In this document: positions 50,008 through 60,551 of the stretch, piece after piece
How the letters are laid out: every line of letters begins with the position of its first letter
How positions within the stretch are numbered: position 1 is the first letter of the stretch
From: an uncultured delta proteobacterium
GTDB taxonomy: Bacteria; Myxococcota; Myxococcia; Myxococcales; Myxococcaceae
DNA length: 64,000 bases
Reading direction: 5' to 3'
Assembly: GCA_963713045.1 (NCBI GenBank)
Contig: CAVQKE010000001.1
Location: forward strand, 608,001-672,000
The notes under the pieces: generated by a model
Databases searched by the model: none
Seen by the model: the letters and a program-made list of their open reading frames with translations, nothing else
Told to the model about the DNA's origin: nothing
Program-made: the position numbers and the translations under genes

Positions 50008-50744
50008 CGCCCCACCAGCGACTGGTGAAGCACCTCTCGGAGGGGGCGCCTGACGGCGAGGACCGCGCTCATGCCGCACAGTGTCAGGCCTGCGCTGTCC
50101 TGCTTTCCGAAGAAGGGGGAGAGGACGTTTTGTCCCCAGAAGTGCAGGCCGCCTGGCTCGGCACCGCACATTTGGAATTGGCGCGGCCGGTGCGCCCATG
50201 GTGGCTTCTGGCCCTGGGTGTCGGCCTCGGCAATGCCCTCCTCGCTGCGCTCGCCATCGCCGTCCTCGAGCCGTCGAATTGGGATGCGCCGCGCCAGGGC
50301 AACGCGCTGCTGGTCGCGGCCCTTGTCTGCCTCACCGCGTTGGCGGCCGGTGGCAGCCTGTTGGCACTGGCCCCGCGACGGCGAGGGCTTTGGGCGGTCC
50401 TCGCCGTCGCTGCGGTGGCTCCGCTGCTGGCGCTCCTCACCGCAGGCGGCCGCGCCTCCGGCCAACCGCTGGTCGCAGGCGCGCACTGCGCGTGGACCGT
50501 CCTGCTGCTCTCCGTTCTTCCAATGGCGGGCGGGGCTTGGCTACTGACCCGGGTGGCGTATTCGCCGGCCCGGGCCTTCGCCGTCGGACTGGTGAGCGCG
50601 GCAGTGGCACTGCTTGTCTTAGAGATTCACTGCGACGGCACTGGACCACACGTCCTGATGTTTCACGTCATTCCCTGGCTCGCCATTGGGGCCGGCGCGG
50701 TCCTCTTGCGCCGGGCATTGCCCACATTAAGTTACGCGCCATGA
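50004..50744 (+). CDS. membrane anti-sigma factor (NrsF/DUF1109-like, HxxxCxxC)
   Basis: HAAQCQAC, about 6 TMs, IHCD...HVLMFH; overlaps the sigma stop codon. Confidence 0.8.
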   Translation: MTPHQRLVKHLSEGAPDGEDRAHAAQCQACAVLLSEEGGEDVLSPEVQAAWLGTAHLELARPVRPWWLLALGVGLGNALLAALAIAVLEPSNWDAPRQGNALLVAALVCLTALAAGGSLLALAPRRRGLWAVLAVAAVAPLLALLTAGGRASGQPLVAGAHCAWTVLLLSVLPMAGGAWLLTRVAYSPARAFAVGLVSAAVALLVLEIHCDGTGPHVLMFHVIPWLAIGAGAVLLRRALPTLSYAP

Positions 50745-51523
50745 AAGCCTTGCTGGTGCCGGTGGTGCTTTTCTCCCTCGCCGCCTCAGCTGCCGAGCGC
50801 ACGCCGGTGCTGGTGGAGCTCTTCACCTCGGAAGGCTGCTCGAGCTGTCCGCCGGCCGATGAGGCGCTTCTGACGCTGGGCAAGGAGCAGCCCGTCCCGG
50901 GGGCGGAGATTGTTCCCCTCGAATTGCACGTCGACTACTGGGACCAGCAGGGCTGGGTGGACCCCTTCTCCTTGCCCGAGGCCACCGCGCGCCAGGAGCA
51001 ATATGCCGCGGCCGCGGCGAAGGCCGGGTACAAGGCGCAAGTCTTCACCCCGCAGGTGGTGGTGGACGGAACGCGCTCCTTTGTCGACAGCAGCCCTGAG
51101 CTGGTCCGGGGTGCCGTGGAAAAGGCCACTGCCCTTCCGACGCGGCCGATTCGGGCCGACCTCCGGCCCGTCCCGGGCGGAGTGGACGTCGAGTTGCACG
51201 TCGGCCCTGGAGAGGACCGGCCCGCCGCGCTGTGGGTTGTCCTAACCGAATCTGGACTCTCCTCGCGCGTCACGCGCGGGGAGAACGCCGGGAAGACGCT
51301 GGTCCATGCGCCGGTGGTGCGTCACTTGGAGCAGGTGGCCGCCGTTCCCGGCGCCGGTTGGACGGGAACGGTGCGTTTGGTGTTTGGGCGCACCTGGCGC
51401 CGCCAGGCGCTGACGGTGGTGGCCTTTGCCCAGGACCGCGCCAGTGGGCGGGTGGTGGCCATTGGTACCGCCCCGGTGCCTCCCCCGGCGGTCAGCGCTG
51501 AGCCGACGGCCGCACACAATTAG
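50741..51523 (+). CDS. DUF1223 thioredoxin-like exported protein
   Basis: VELFTSEGCSSCPPAD, HVDYWD..GW.DPFS, TPQ, RGENAG. Confidence 0.92.
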   Translation: MKALLVPVVLFSLAASAAERTPVLVELFTSEGCSSCPPADEALLTLGKEQPVPGAEIVPLELHVDYWDQQGWVDPFSLPEATARQEQYAAAAAKAGYKAQVFTPQVVVDGTRSFVDSSPELVRGAVEKATALPTRPIRADLRPVPGGVDVELHVGPGEDRPAALWVVLTESGLSSRVTRGENAGKTLVHAPVVRHLEQVAAVPGAGWTGTVRLVFGRTWRRQALTVVAFAQDRASGRVVAIGTAPVPPPAVSAEPTAAHN

Positions 51524-51607
51524 CGAGGCGGTTTTTCGTCCACCGCTGAGGGGTGACGGCCCCCGGTGCGCATTGCGCAAGACAGCAAGCTGCATTAGCC
51601 GTTCAGC

Positions 51608-53416
51608 TTGGACACCGCACTGCAGCGCTTTCGTCTCGCCTCCATTCGCGCAAGCTTCCGCCACACCCGGGCGACGGTGGCCCTGGTGTGGCAGTCCTCT
51701 CCGCGGCTGACGCTGCTGCTCGGCGCATTGACGCTGTTCGGCGCAGCTGTCCCCTTGGCCATTGCTTGGGTCGGAAAGGCCATCGTCGACAACGCTGTCG
51801 CGCACGCCCGTGAGGCGACGCTGCGGTGGGTGGCTGTGGAGCTGGGCCTGGTGGTGGTCCAAGCGGCAGTCCTTCGCGGTCTCGGGCTGGTGCGGGGGTT
51901 ACTTGGGGCTCGGCTCGGCCTCGACATCAACGTCCGCATTCTCGAGAAGGCGCTGACCTTGGAGCTGCGCCACTTCGAGGACCCTGACTTCTACGACCGC
52001 CTAACGCGCGCCCGCCGCGAAGCGTCGGTCCGCCCCATTTCGGTGGTGACGGAGAGCTTTCAACTCGTCCAAAACGTTCTGACCCTGTTGGGGTACGCCG
52101 GGCTTTTGGTGTCTTTTTCCCCGTGGGCGGTGCTGGGGCTTTTGCTGGCGGCCCTGCCCGCGACCCTGGCCGAGATGCGCTTCAGCCAGCAGGCCTTCCG
52201 GTTGCGAAACTGGCGCTCGCCGGACAGCCGCCGGTTGCTCTACCTCGAGTACGTCCTCGCCAACGACGACCACGCCAAGGAAGTGAAACTGTTTGGGCTT
52301 GGACCGATGTTGCTGGCGCGCTACCGCAGCCTTGGCGAGACCTTTTACCGGGAGGACCGCCAGCTGTCGCTGCGCCGGGCACTGTGGGGCTACGCGTTAA
52401 GTTTGGTGGGGACGCTGACCTTCTACGGCTGTTACGCGGTGGTGGCGGTGGCCGCAGCCACCGGACGGCTGACGCTGGGCTTGATGACGCTGTATGTGGT
52501 GGCCTTCCGGCAAGGGCAACAGGCCTTCCAGAGCATCCTCACCGCGGTCGGTGGCATGTACGAGGACAACCTCTACATGTCCAACCTGTTTGAGTACCTG
52601 GCCATCCCCACCGGGCGTCCGGCGGCCGCCCCAGCGCTGGTGGCCACCGCCACCGCGGGCGAGCAGGGCATCCGCTTCGAGGACGTTGGCTTCCGTTACC
52701 CGGACGCCGAGGGCTGGGCGCTTCGGCACGTGAGCCTCTTCATCCCACGGGGTCAAAGCCTGGCGCTGGTGGGGCAAAATGGCGCCGGGAAGACGACGTT
52801 CATCAAGCTGCTCACCCGCCTTTACGCCCCCACCGAAGGCCGGATTCTCCTGGACGGGGTGGACCTGGCGAGCTGGGACGAAGCCGTTCTGCGTGGACGG
52901 CTGGGCGTTATTTTTCAGGACTTCAACCAGTACCAGTTTCGCTTTCGCGAGAACGTCGGCGTGGGCAGCGTGGAACACCTGGAAGACTCGGCCCGGGTGC
53001 AGCGGGCGGTGGAAGAAGGCGGCGCCACCGAGGTGCTCTCCGGCCTGTCCGCCGGCCTCGAGACACCCCTCGGCCGCTGGTTCAAAGACGGCACCGAATT
53101 GTCCGGCGGCCAGTGGCAAAAGGTGGCCCTGGCCCGCGCCTTCATGCGCGAGGAGGCCGATATTCTTGTGCTGGACGAGCCCACCGCGGCCCTGGACGCC
53201 GAAGCAGAGCACGCCATTTTTCAGCGCTTCCGGGAGCTCGCGCGGGGACGGACAACTCTCCTCATCTCACACCGCTTTTCCACGGTGCGGATGGCGGACC
53301 GCATCGTCGTCATTGAAAACGGCCAGCTGGTGGAGCAGGGCACCCATGCCGAACTGATGGCCCTGGGTGGCCGGTACGCCCACCTCTTCACCCTGCAAGC
53401 GAAGGGCTACCAATGA
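51608..53416 (+). CDS. ABC transporter, fused permease/ATPase
   Basis: TM domain, GQNGAGKT, LSGGQWQK, LDEPT, SHRFSTVR. Confidence 0.95.
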   Translation: MDTALQRFRLASIRASFRHTRATVALVWQSSPRLTLLLGALTLFGAAVPLAIAWVGKAIVDNAVAHAREATLRWVAVELGLVVVQAAVLRGLGLVRGLLGARLGLDINVRILEKALTLELRHFEDPDFYDRLTRARREASVRPISVVTESFQLVQNVLTLLGYAGLLVSFSPWAVLGLLLAALPATLAEMRFSQQAFRLRNWRSPDSRRLLYLEYVLANDDHAKEVKLFGLGPMLLARYRSLGETFYREDRQLSLRRALWGYALSLVGTLTFYGCYAVVAVAAATGRLTLGLMTLYVVAFRQGQQAFQSILTAVGGMYEDNLYMSNLFEYLAIPTGRPAAAPALVATATAGEQGIRFEDVGFRYPDAEGWALRHVSLFIPRGQSLALVGQNGAGKTTFIKLLTRLYAPTEGRILLDGVDLASWDEAVLRGRLGVIFQDFNQYQFRFRENVGVGSVEHLEDSARVQRAVEEGGATEVLSGLSAGLETPLGRWFKDGTELSGGQWQKVALARAFMREEADILVLDEPTAALDAEAEHAIFQRFRELARGRTTLLISHRFSTVRMADRIVVIENGQLVEQGTHAELMALGGRYAHLFTLQAKGYQ

Positions 53417-53525
53417 GACCCCCTTTCCGCCCCGGGAAAAGCGCTGAGGGTGCACCGAGGAGCAGGCTTCCCTATGCTGCGCCGCCGCTGTCCGTCAGTC
53501 GCCCTTTCGAGGAGGGACGTCACCC

Positions 53526-53870
53526 ATGGATGCGCCCAAATGGTCTGAGTTGGAGCCTCCCGGAGGCAACGCACTGGAGCCCTTTCAGCCAGGGGTTCCG
53601 GCGAGGGATAGCCCGATGGCGGTGGTCAGCCTTGCCAGCGGCATCCTCTGCTGGTTTGCCCTCCCCCTCATCGGTGCCGTGGTGGCGGTGGTGACGGGCC
53701 TCAGCGCCCGACGGGAAATTCGCGCCTCCCAGGGGGCGGTCGGCGGCTGGACCATGGCCAGCGTGGGGCTTTGGCTGGGCGTCGCCCACCTCATCCTGGT
53801 GGCGCTGGCGGTGCTGTTGGCAATCGGCCTCATCCTGGCCGGCGTTGGATTCCTCTGGTTCAACCGTTGA
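53526..53870 (+). CDS. DUF4190 domain membrane protein
   Basis: MAVVSL.SGIL, G..ARREI...G...A..GL.LG. Confidence 0.8.
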   Translation: MDAPKWSELEPPGGNALEPFQPGVPARDSPMAVVSLASGILCWFALPLIGAVVAVVTGLSARREIRASQGAVGGWTMASVGLWLGVAHLILVALAVLLAIGLILAGVGFLWFNR

Positions 53871-54014
53871 GGGTGCCGTCCGAGACGGCAGGAGACTGAC
53901 CCAGGGCGTCCGGGCCGACCCAGGCCCCTTCCGCCAAGCCCACGGGATTCCGAGGCGATGGCCCGCGGCGCGGCGCTTGCTCTGCCCCAGCGGTGGAGGC
54001 GCCTTCCCCCGTCC

Positions 54015-54425
54015 ATGGCCGCAGCCGTCCAGTGCGCAGAATGTCGTACCGCCAACCGGGCTGGCCTCTTGTTTTGTGTCGTCTGCGGTCGCCGCCTTCC
54101 CCGCATGGAATTTCCCCCGGACCGCGTGACGGCACTCGCCTGGCCCGGGCCCGAAGTCCGAGAGGTGTCCCCTCCGGCCAGGCGGGGTGCGTTGGAGTGG
54201 GCCAGTTTGGTTGCGGCGCTCCTCGGCTGGACGCTGTTGCCCGTGGTGGGCGCGGCGATGGCGGTGCTGCTTGCGCTGCGTGCGCAGGAGGAGGCGGGGA
54301 CGCGCGGCGGAAACACCGTGCTTCGGGTGGCGCTGTGGCTCGGCGGGACGCAGCTGGTGCTGGCACTGGTGGCCGGCGCGGCGATGGCTGCCGTGGCATT
54401 CACCGCCCTGTTGCGCGCCGGGTGA
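54015..54425 (+). CDS. zinc-ribbon plus membrane (DUF4190-like) protein
   Basis: CAEC...N....FCVVCG followed by TM helices. Confidence 0.7.
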   Translation: MAAAVQCAECRTANRAGLLFCVVCGRRLPRMEFPPDRVTALAWPGPEVREVSPPARRGALEWASLVAALLGWTLLPVVGAAMAVLLALRAQEEAGTRGGNTVLRVALWLGGTQLVLALVAGAAMAAVAFTALLRAG

Positions 54426-54590
54426 GACGCTGTCCGGCTGCGGGCGGCTGTGGCCCCGCAGTGGCTGGGGCGTGGGTGTCCTCCACACAGGGCCGGTGCG
54501 TGCCCCGGGCTGTAGCCTTCAACTTCCGGACGTTTGCAGCCGTCGGCCCGGGGCTGGGGCCGCCCCGAGGGGTGTAGACTTCGCCCGCGC

Positions 54591-56648
54591 TTGAGCGTCT
54601 CCCAGACGTCCACCTGGTTCGGCCGCTACCGGCTCACCTCCCGGATTGCCACCGGTGGGATGGCCGAGGTGTACCTCGGCCGCATGCTGCTGCCTGACGG
54701 GCGCTTCGGCCCCGCCATGGCGGTGAAGCGGCTGCTTCCGCACCTCATCGCGGACCCGGCCATTGTCCGGATGTTCCTCAACGAGGCGGACATCACCCGC
54801 CAAATCCAGCACCCCAACGTGGTGCGCATTCTCGACTTGGGGCAGGTGCATGGCGAGCCCTTCATCGCCATGGAGTTGCTGGAGGGGCACAGCTTTGCCG
54901 AGCTCCGTCAATCGGCCGCGCACGCCGGACTCCGGGTGCCGCTGGGCATTACCCTCCGGGTGCTGACCGAGGCCTGCCGCGGGTTGGACGCGGCCCACCG
55001 TGCGGTGGACGCCAAGGGGCGCGAGTTGCGGATTGTCCACCGCGATTTCACCCCGGACAACATCCACGTCGGCGTCAACGGCGAGGTGAAAGTCATCGAC
55101 TTTGGCATCGCCAAGTCCTCGCGACTTGGCGGTGGCACCGAGCCAGGGACGCTGAAGGGGAAATTCTTCTACATGTCCCCGGAGATGATTGCCGGTCAAC
55201 CGGTCGACCACCGCGCCGACCTCTTCGCCGCCGGCGTCATGCTCTATGAACAGCTGTGTGGGCGCCGGCCCTTCACTGGATTGAATACCGAGGAGGTCCT
55301 GAACCGCATCACCGAGGGCAAGCCCAGGCGCCCCACCGAATTCGACCCCTCGGTACCGCAGCAGCTGGAGTTGGTGTGCCTCACCGCCCTCTCCAAGGAC
55401 CCGGCGCAACGCTTTCCCAGCCTGCAGGAATTCATTCGCGCCATTGAAGACGTGGGCGGTCCGGCCCGGGTGGCGGGCGCCGAGGAAGTCTCAGCCTACG
55501 TCTCCACCATCTTCCCCGCCGAACAGGACCCGAAGCGCATTGCGCTGCGCCGAGCGCGCCTGGCAGACCCGTCCACTCCGGGGCGGCGCGACGAGATTCC
55601 ACTGGACTTGCTTCCGCCGCTGCCGGACAGCCAACCCCCCCGCAAGGTGGTGCCCCCGCGGCCCAAGGGCCCTTCGTTGGGGACGCGCCTCGGCCGTGCC
55701 CTGGGGCGGCTTCTGCGACGCCTCGTCTCCCCGCAGGTGCTGGGGCCGGCGGTGCTGGCCGCAATGGTGCTGGGTGCCGTCGGCTATTGGGTATTCCGGC
55801 CGCAGACGACGCCCGCGGAACGGTTGGAGCGCGCCGAGGCCGGGGGAGAACCTGCGGCGAGAATGCGTGAGTTGGTGGCCATTTCTTCTGACCCCAAGTC
55901 CAGCGTCGACCAGCTGCGCCGGGCTGGCGAGCTGGCGCTGACGCTGCCGGACCACGAGGTGGCGCTGGAGGTGGTGCAGGCCTTCGTCCGCCGCTTCCCG
56001 GCGACGGAGGACGCCTACCTGCAAGAAAGCCGCGCCTTCATTGCCTTGCGGATGGGAAAGCGGGCCGACGCGTCGCTCGACAAGGCCCTGGAGCTCGCAC
56101 CACAGGACTCGCGGCCTGACTTGCTCCGGGCTGACCTCCGGCAGCTTCAAGGGGATGCGCCCGCCACCCTGGAGGCGCTCAACAGCGCCGCGCGCAAGGC
56201 ACCGCAGGACCGCGACGTGGCCCTCCGCCGGGCGCAACTTCTCAGCCAGATGGGGCGCCTGGACGAGGCGGCCCTGCTGCTCAACGGCATCCTCAAGAAG
56301 CGCTTTCAGCCGAGCGCGGCCGCGGAGCTGGGCTTCGTCCGCCTGCGGCAAAACCAGCCGCAGGAGGCCCTTCGTCTGTTGAAGGCGGCGCTCGCGAAGG
56401 ACCCGCAGTTGGCCAAGGCCTACTACTACCTCGGGGCCACCCTCGCCCAGGAAGGCGACCCGGCGGGCGCCGAGCGCGCCTACAAAGAAGCCGACCGCCT
56501 GGACCCAGCCGATGCCCGTCCGCTGGCGGCCTTGTGTTTGGCACAAGCCCGCGCCGGGAAAATGGCCGAGCGCGACGCCATCCAGAAGGATTTGGCAACG
56601 CGCTTTCCGGAGCAGGCGCCGCACCTGATTGCCGAATGCCAGCCCTGA
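54591..56648 (+). CDS. Ser/Thr protein kinase with TM segment and TPRs
   Basis: GGMAEVY, AVKRL, HPNVV, HRDFTPDN, DFGIAK, YMSPE, D.RADLF. Confidence 0.93.
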   Translation: MSVSQTSTWFGRYRLTSRIATGGMAEVYLGRMLLPDGRFGPAMAVKRLLPHLIADPAIVRMFLNEADITRQIQHPNVVRILDLGQVHGEPFIAMELLEGHSFAELRQSAAHAGLRVPLGITLRVLTEACRGLDAAHRAVDAKGRELRIVHRDFTPDNIHVGVNGEVKVIDFGIAKSSRLGGGTEPGTLKGKFFYMSPEMIAGQPVDHRADLFAAGVMLYEQLCGRRPFTGLNTEEVLNRITEGKPRRPTEFDPSVPQQLELVCLTALSKDPAQRFPSLQEFIRAIEDVGGPARVAGAEEVSAYVSTIFPAEQDPKRIALRRARLADPSTPGRRDEIPLDLLPPLPDSQPPRKVVPPRPKGPSLGTRLGRALGRLLRRLVSPQVLGPAVLAAMVLGAVGYWVFRPQTTPAERLERAEAGGEPAARMRELVAISSDPKSSVDQLRRAGELALTLPDHEVALEVVQAFVRRFPATEDAYLQESRAFIALRMGKRADASLDKALELAPQDSRPDLLRADLRQLQGDAPATLEALNSAARKAPQDRDVALRRAQLLSQMGRLDEAALLLNGILKKRFQPSAAAELGFVRLRQNQPQEALRLLKAALAKDPQLAKAYYYLGATLAQEGDPAGAERAYKEADRLDPADARPLAALCLAQARAGKMAERDAIQKDLATRFPEQAPHLIAECQP

Positions 56649-57406
56649 AACGCCTCATCATCAACGCGGATGACTTGGGCTACGACCCAGCGGTGAACGC
56701 CGGGCTGCTGCGCTCGATGCGTGCCGGCGTGGTGACCTCCGCCACCCTGTTGGTGAATACCCCCTTTAGCCAAGCGGGCGCCGCGGCGGCGGACGGCCTG
56801 GCCGTCGGCCTCCACCTCAACCTCGCGCGCGGCCGTCCAGTCAGCGCTGCCTTTCCCAAGAAGCTTCTCGCGGAGGGGGCTTTCGCCGAGGGCCGCGCCG
56901 ACCAGCTTCCCAGCTGGGTGGTGGAGGCCGAGACAAACGCTCAGCTGAAGCTGGCCGAGCAGCTGCTGGGCCGCCGGCCCACCCACCTCGACGTCCACAA
57001 ACACCTGCACCGTCACGGGGCGGTGCTGGCCGGCGTGGCCGCCGCCGCAGCGGCATGGGGGCTGCCGGTGCGGGCGCTGGACGGGCCGATGCGCGCGGCC
57101 CTGCATGGCCTGGGCATCTGCAGCCCGGAGCACTTTGTGGGTGAGGCGGGAAGCGAGGCGTATTGGACGTTGTCGCGGTTGTTGGGCGCCGTGGAAGGGC
57201 TGCGCCCGGGCACCACCGAGTGGATGTGCCACCCGGGCGAGACACCGAGTCACGTCCAGTCCGGGTATGCCGCCCAGCGTCAGGTGGAACTGGACACTTT
57301 CACCTCGCCGGAGGCACGCGCGGCGCTGGAGCGCGCTGGGGTGGTGCTGACCGACTTTCGCGCCTTGTTGCCCAAATCTGCTTCAGCCGGGCGGGGCGTC
57401 CAGTAG
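56636..57406 (+). CDS. ChbG/YdjC family carbohydrate deacetylase
   Basis: INADDLG, GLHLNL, THLDVHKH, EWMCHPG. Confidence 0.92.
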   Translation: MPALKRLIINADDLGYDPAVNAGLLRSMRAGVVTSATLLVNTPFSQAGAAAADGLAVGLHLNLARGRPVSAAFPKKLLAEGAFAEGRADQLPSWVVEAETNAQLKLAEQLLGRRPTHLDVHKHLHRHGAVLAGVAAAAAAWGLPVRALDGPMRAALHGLGICSPEHFVGEAGSEAYWTLSRLLGAVEGLRPGTTEWMCHPGETPSHVQSGYAAQRQVELDTFTSPEARAALERAGVVLTDFRALLPKSASAGRGVQ

Positions 57407-57916
57407 CCGGTACAGGAGGATGGTGGCGTCCAGCTTTCCATTCTCGCTGCGGACGTAGGCTGGAATGCGCCCCGCCCGGAGGTACCCCGCCTGAAGGTAC
57501 AGCTGCTCGGCCACGTCCCCTTCGCGCGTGTCCAGGTAAAGCAGGGTGCGGCCGTGGCTTTTCGCCAGCTGCTCCACTTCTTGGAGGAGGAGGCGGCCAA
57601 CGCCCTGGCGGCGGGCGCGGGTGTGGACCAACAGCTTGGTGATTTCCGCCCGGTGACGCGCATTGGGCTTCTGGGCGAGTTCCAGCTGCACCGTGCCCAC
57701 CAGGACACCGTCCCGTTCGGCCAGCAATAGCTCCCGCCGTCCGTGCGCCAACGCGGCTTCGACCTCAGCCCAGTAGGCGCTCGCTTCCGCTTCGCTCAGC
57801 GGGGGGAGGAAGCCGACGGAAGCGCCGGCCGCGACCACGTCCAGCAGGAGCTCCGTCAGCGCCTTCTTCTGTTCCGCCAGCCGGTGGGGGCTGGCGCGTA
57901 TCAGTTGGACGGTCAT
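57383..57916 (-). CDS. GNAT acetyltransferase
   Basis: [16 protein letters not shown]...RRQGVG, LDT. Confidence 0.9.
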   Translation of the reverse strand: MTVQLIRASPHRLAEQKKALTELLLDVVAAGASVGFLPPLSEAEASAYWAEVEAALAHGRRELLLAERDGVLVGTVQLELAQKPNARHRAEITKLLVHTRARRQGVGRLLLQEVEQLAKSHGRTLLYLDTREGDVAEQLYLQAGYLRAGRIPAYVRSENGKLDATILLYRLLDAPPG

Positions 57917-58044
57917 CGCTCACCCTCGACGCCCCGCAGGACGGGCCCGGCCGCGACAGTCTGCCAGTCGGCCGACTCGGCTTCCACGGCCGCCCCAGTT
58001 GCACCGACAGGCCAGCTGCTGTCAAAAACTGGCCTCACCTGGCC

Positions 58045-58422
58045 ATGGCCCCAACCCCCCCGCGCACCCTGGAAACGTTCCCCAACCCGGCTTCCGAGCG
58101 GGACTACGAAATTGCCTTCGACGCCCCGGAATTCACCTGCCTCTGCCCACTCACCGGCCAGCCTGACTTCGCGCGCTTCAAAATTGTATACGTCCCGGAC
58201 AAGAAGTGCGTCGAACTGAAGAGCCTCAAGCTTTACCTGTGGAGCTACCGCAATGAGGGGGCCTTCCACGAGGCCGTCACCAACCGCATCGCGGATGACT
58301 TGCTGAAGGCGTTGGAGCCACGTTCGCTGGTGGTGACGGGCGAGTGGTTTGTCCGGGGGGGCATCGGCACGGTGGTGACGGTGCGTTACCCGGAGGGGCG
58401 GGGGGCTACTCGCTCTTCTTGA
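58045..58422 (+). CDS. queF: preQ0 (7-cyano-7-deazaguanine) reductase, type I
   Basis: [30 protein letters not shown]. Confidence 0.97.
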   Translation: MAPTPPRTLETFPNPASERDYEIAFDAPEFTCLCPLTGQPDFARFKIVYVPDKKCVELKSLKLYLWSYRNEGAFHEAVTNRIADDLLKALEPRSLVVTGEWFVRGGIGTVVTVRYPEGRGATRSS

Positions 58423-58606
58423 AGAGGTCGTCGGCGCGTTTTTGACTGTCCTGCTCAATTTGCTTCGTCTTCTGCCGCACCTGGTCGAGTTGCTGCTTCG
58501 GCGCGGACGTCTCTCCCCTCGAGGACTCGGCGGTCCCTTGAAGGAGGTAGTAGGCCGCTCCCGCCACCACCAGGAGGCCCAGCAAAAGGGAAAGGAGTCG
58601 AGCCAT
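58406..58606 (-). CDS. small membrane-anchored hypothetical protein
   Basis: [20 protein letters not shown] plus polar helical tail; GGAGG RBS. Confidence 0.65.
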   Translation of the reverse strand: MARLLSLLLGLLVVAGAAYYLLQGTAESSRGETSAPKQQLDQVRQKTKQIEQDSQKRADDLFKKSE

Positions 58607-59348
58607 GGAAGACGCCTCCAACGCCAGCATACCTCCGCCGGTGCGCCGCCCAGTGTGGCGCCTCCCGGCGTTGGTGGGGGGCGGGACGCTGCTCCTGCTG
58701 GCCGCCTTCCTCGCCGTCCTCTCTGTGGGCAGCCGACGCACCCCGACGCCGGACGTCCCCCTCATCGTCGAGCGGATGCAGGAGGTGGCCCGCCTCGAGA
58801 CGATGGATGTCAGCGTCTATAAGAAGGTGGGCTACGCCCCCCAGCCGGTGCCCACCGGCCGTGTGTGGGAGGACGTTTACCTGTGGGCCAAGTCGGCCCT
58901 GTGGCCAAGCCACGGACGCGCCATTGTGTTTGGGACGGTGCACGTTGGCCTCGACCTGGCGCAACTGGACGCCCACGCGCTCGCCGTCGATGACGGCACG
59001 GTGGAGGTACGACTTCCGCCGCTGCAGACGCGCGCCGAGGTGCGCCCAGCGGAGATAGAAGTCATCCAAAGCAACCTGGACTCGGCGCAGACCGCCCAGC
59101 TGCTGGAGCTCGCCCGGGTGGCCTTTGAGGAGGAGGCGCGCGCCGATGCGGGCCTTCAGGCGCGGGCCCGTGGGTCCGCCGAGCGGGCGCTGCGCGGGCT
59201 GCTGTTGTCGCTCGGGTTTCGACAGGTGCGCTTCGTCTCGGCCTTCCCCGGCACTGGCCAAGGCGAAGGGACAGGCCGTCCGCAGAGGCGGCTTGGGAAA
59301 CGGCTAGTGGCCAGAGGCCCAGCCGCTGTACACACCCCCCAGCCATGA
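58605..59348 (+). CDS. DUF4230 domain protein
   Basis: N-terminal TM, RLET, G.V..GLDL, V.LP, LGF..V; start uncertain. Confidence 0.8.
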   Translation: MEDASNASIPPPVRRPVWRLPALVGGGTLLLLAAFLAVLSVGSRRTPTPDVPLIVERMQEVARLETMDVSVYKKVGYAPQPVPTGRVWEDVYLWAKSALWPSHGRAIVFGTVHVGLDLAQLDAHALAVDDGTVEVRLPPLQTRAEVRPAEIEVIQSNLDSAQTAQLLELARVAFEEEARADAGLQARARGSAERALRGLLLSLGFRQVRFVSAFPGTGQGEGTGRPQRRLGKRLVARGPAAVHTPQP

Positions 59349-60355
59349 GCCAAAGCACCCTCCGCACCGTCACCCTCATCCCCGGAGATGGGATTGGGCC
59401 CGAAGTGGCCGAGGCCACCCTCCGCGTCCTCGAGGCCCTGCACCTGCCCCTCAGCTTCGAGCGGGCAGACGCCGGGGCTGAGGTGGTCAACAAATACGGC
59501 ACCAACCTGCCCCAGTCGACGGTGGATGCGGTCCTGCGCTCCGGCGTGGCACTGAAGGGGCCCACTGGCACCCTGGTGGGGACGGGCCTCGCCTCAGCCA
59601 ACGTCGCCCTGCGCAAGGCGCTCGATTTGTACGCCTCGATGCGTCCGGTGCGCTCCATCCCGGGATTGAAAACACGCTACGAGAACGTCGACTTGGTGGT
59701 GATGCGGGAGAACACCGAGGACCTCTACGCCGGGCTGGAGCACATCGTCGTGCCGGGAGTGGTGGAGAGCCTGAAAATCATCACCGAGAAAGCCAGCACC
59801 CGCATCGCCGCCTACGCTTTCGAGTATGCACGGACGCACGGCCGGAAACGGGTGACGGCGGTCCACAAGGCCAACATCATGAAGCTGTCCGACGGCCTCT
59901 TCCTCGACTGCTGCCGGAAGGTGGCCCGGGAGTTCCCGGAGATTGGCTACCAGGAAGTCATCGTCGACAACATGTGCATGCAGCTCGTCCGGGGCCCGGA
60001 GCGCTACGACGTTCTGCTCATGGAAAACCTCTACGGCGACATTCTCTCCGACCTCTGCGCCGGACTGGTGGGGGGCCTGGGCGTCGTCGGAGGGGCCAAC
60101 TTCGGCGAACACGTCGCCGTCTTCGAGGCGGTGCACGGCACCGCGCCAGACATTGCCGGCAAGGGACTGGCCAACCCCACCGCCCTGATGATGTCCGCCG
60201 CCCTGATGCTGCGTTACTTGAAGCACGACGAGGCGGCCGGGAGACTCGACCGGGCCTTGGCGAGTGTCTACGCCGAGGGCAGAGTGCGGACCCAGGACTT
60301 GGGTGGCTCTTCCACCTGCCGCGACTTCACCGAAGCTGTCGTCGCCGCCCTCTAG
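59345..60355 (+). CDS. isocitrate/isopropylmalate dehydrogenase family (NAD-IDH-like)
   Basis: [51 protein letters not shown]. Confidence 0.93.
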   Translation: MSQSTLRTVTLIPGDGIGPEVAEATLRVLEALHLPLSFERADAGAEVVNKYGTNLPQSTVDAVLRSGVALKGPTGTLVGTGLASANVALRKALDLYASMRPVRSIPGLKTRYENVDLVVMRENTEDLYAGLEHIVVPGVVESLKIITEKASTRIAAYAFEYARTHGRKRVTAVHKANIMKLSDGLFLDCCRKVAREFPEIGYQEVIVDNMCMQLVRGPERYDVLLMENLYGDILSDLCAGLVGGLGVVGGANFGEHVAVFEAVHGTAPDIAGKGLANPTALMMSAALMLRYLKHDEAAGRLDRALASVYAEGRVRTQDLGGSSTCRDFTEAVVAAL

Positions 60356-60551
60356 CCGCGACGGCGGCGGACGGTCACCGACTCGCCGCCAATTCCCCAA
60401 CTGTCGGTGTCGACCTCCTCGATGACGACCACCGTCGTCTGTGGGTCCTTGCCCAACGTGTCGCGGAGGAGGTCGTCACCCCCCGAATGAGCTCCGCCTT
60501 CTGCAGCGCCGTGACGCCTTCGCGGGTGACTTTGATGTTCACATAGGGCAT
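60352..60551 (-). CDS. 4-oxalocrotonate tautomerase family protein (1-nt frameshift near 60473)
   Basis: MPYVNIK...QKAELIRGVT then DLLRDTLGK...VVIEEV...WGIGG in another frame. Confidence 0.85.

Noticed and set aside
55037..55060. Atypical kinase catalytic loop HRDFTPDN (no Lys)
   Set aside because: Lys-less loops are common in myxobacterial kinases; the other motifs are intact
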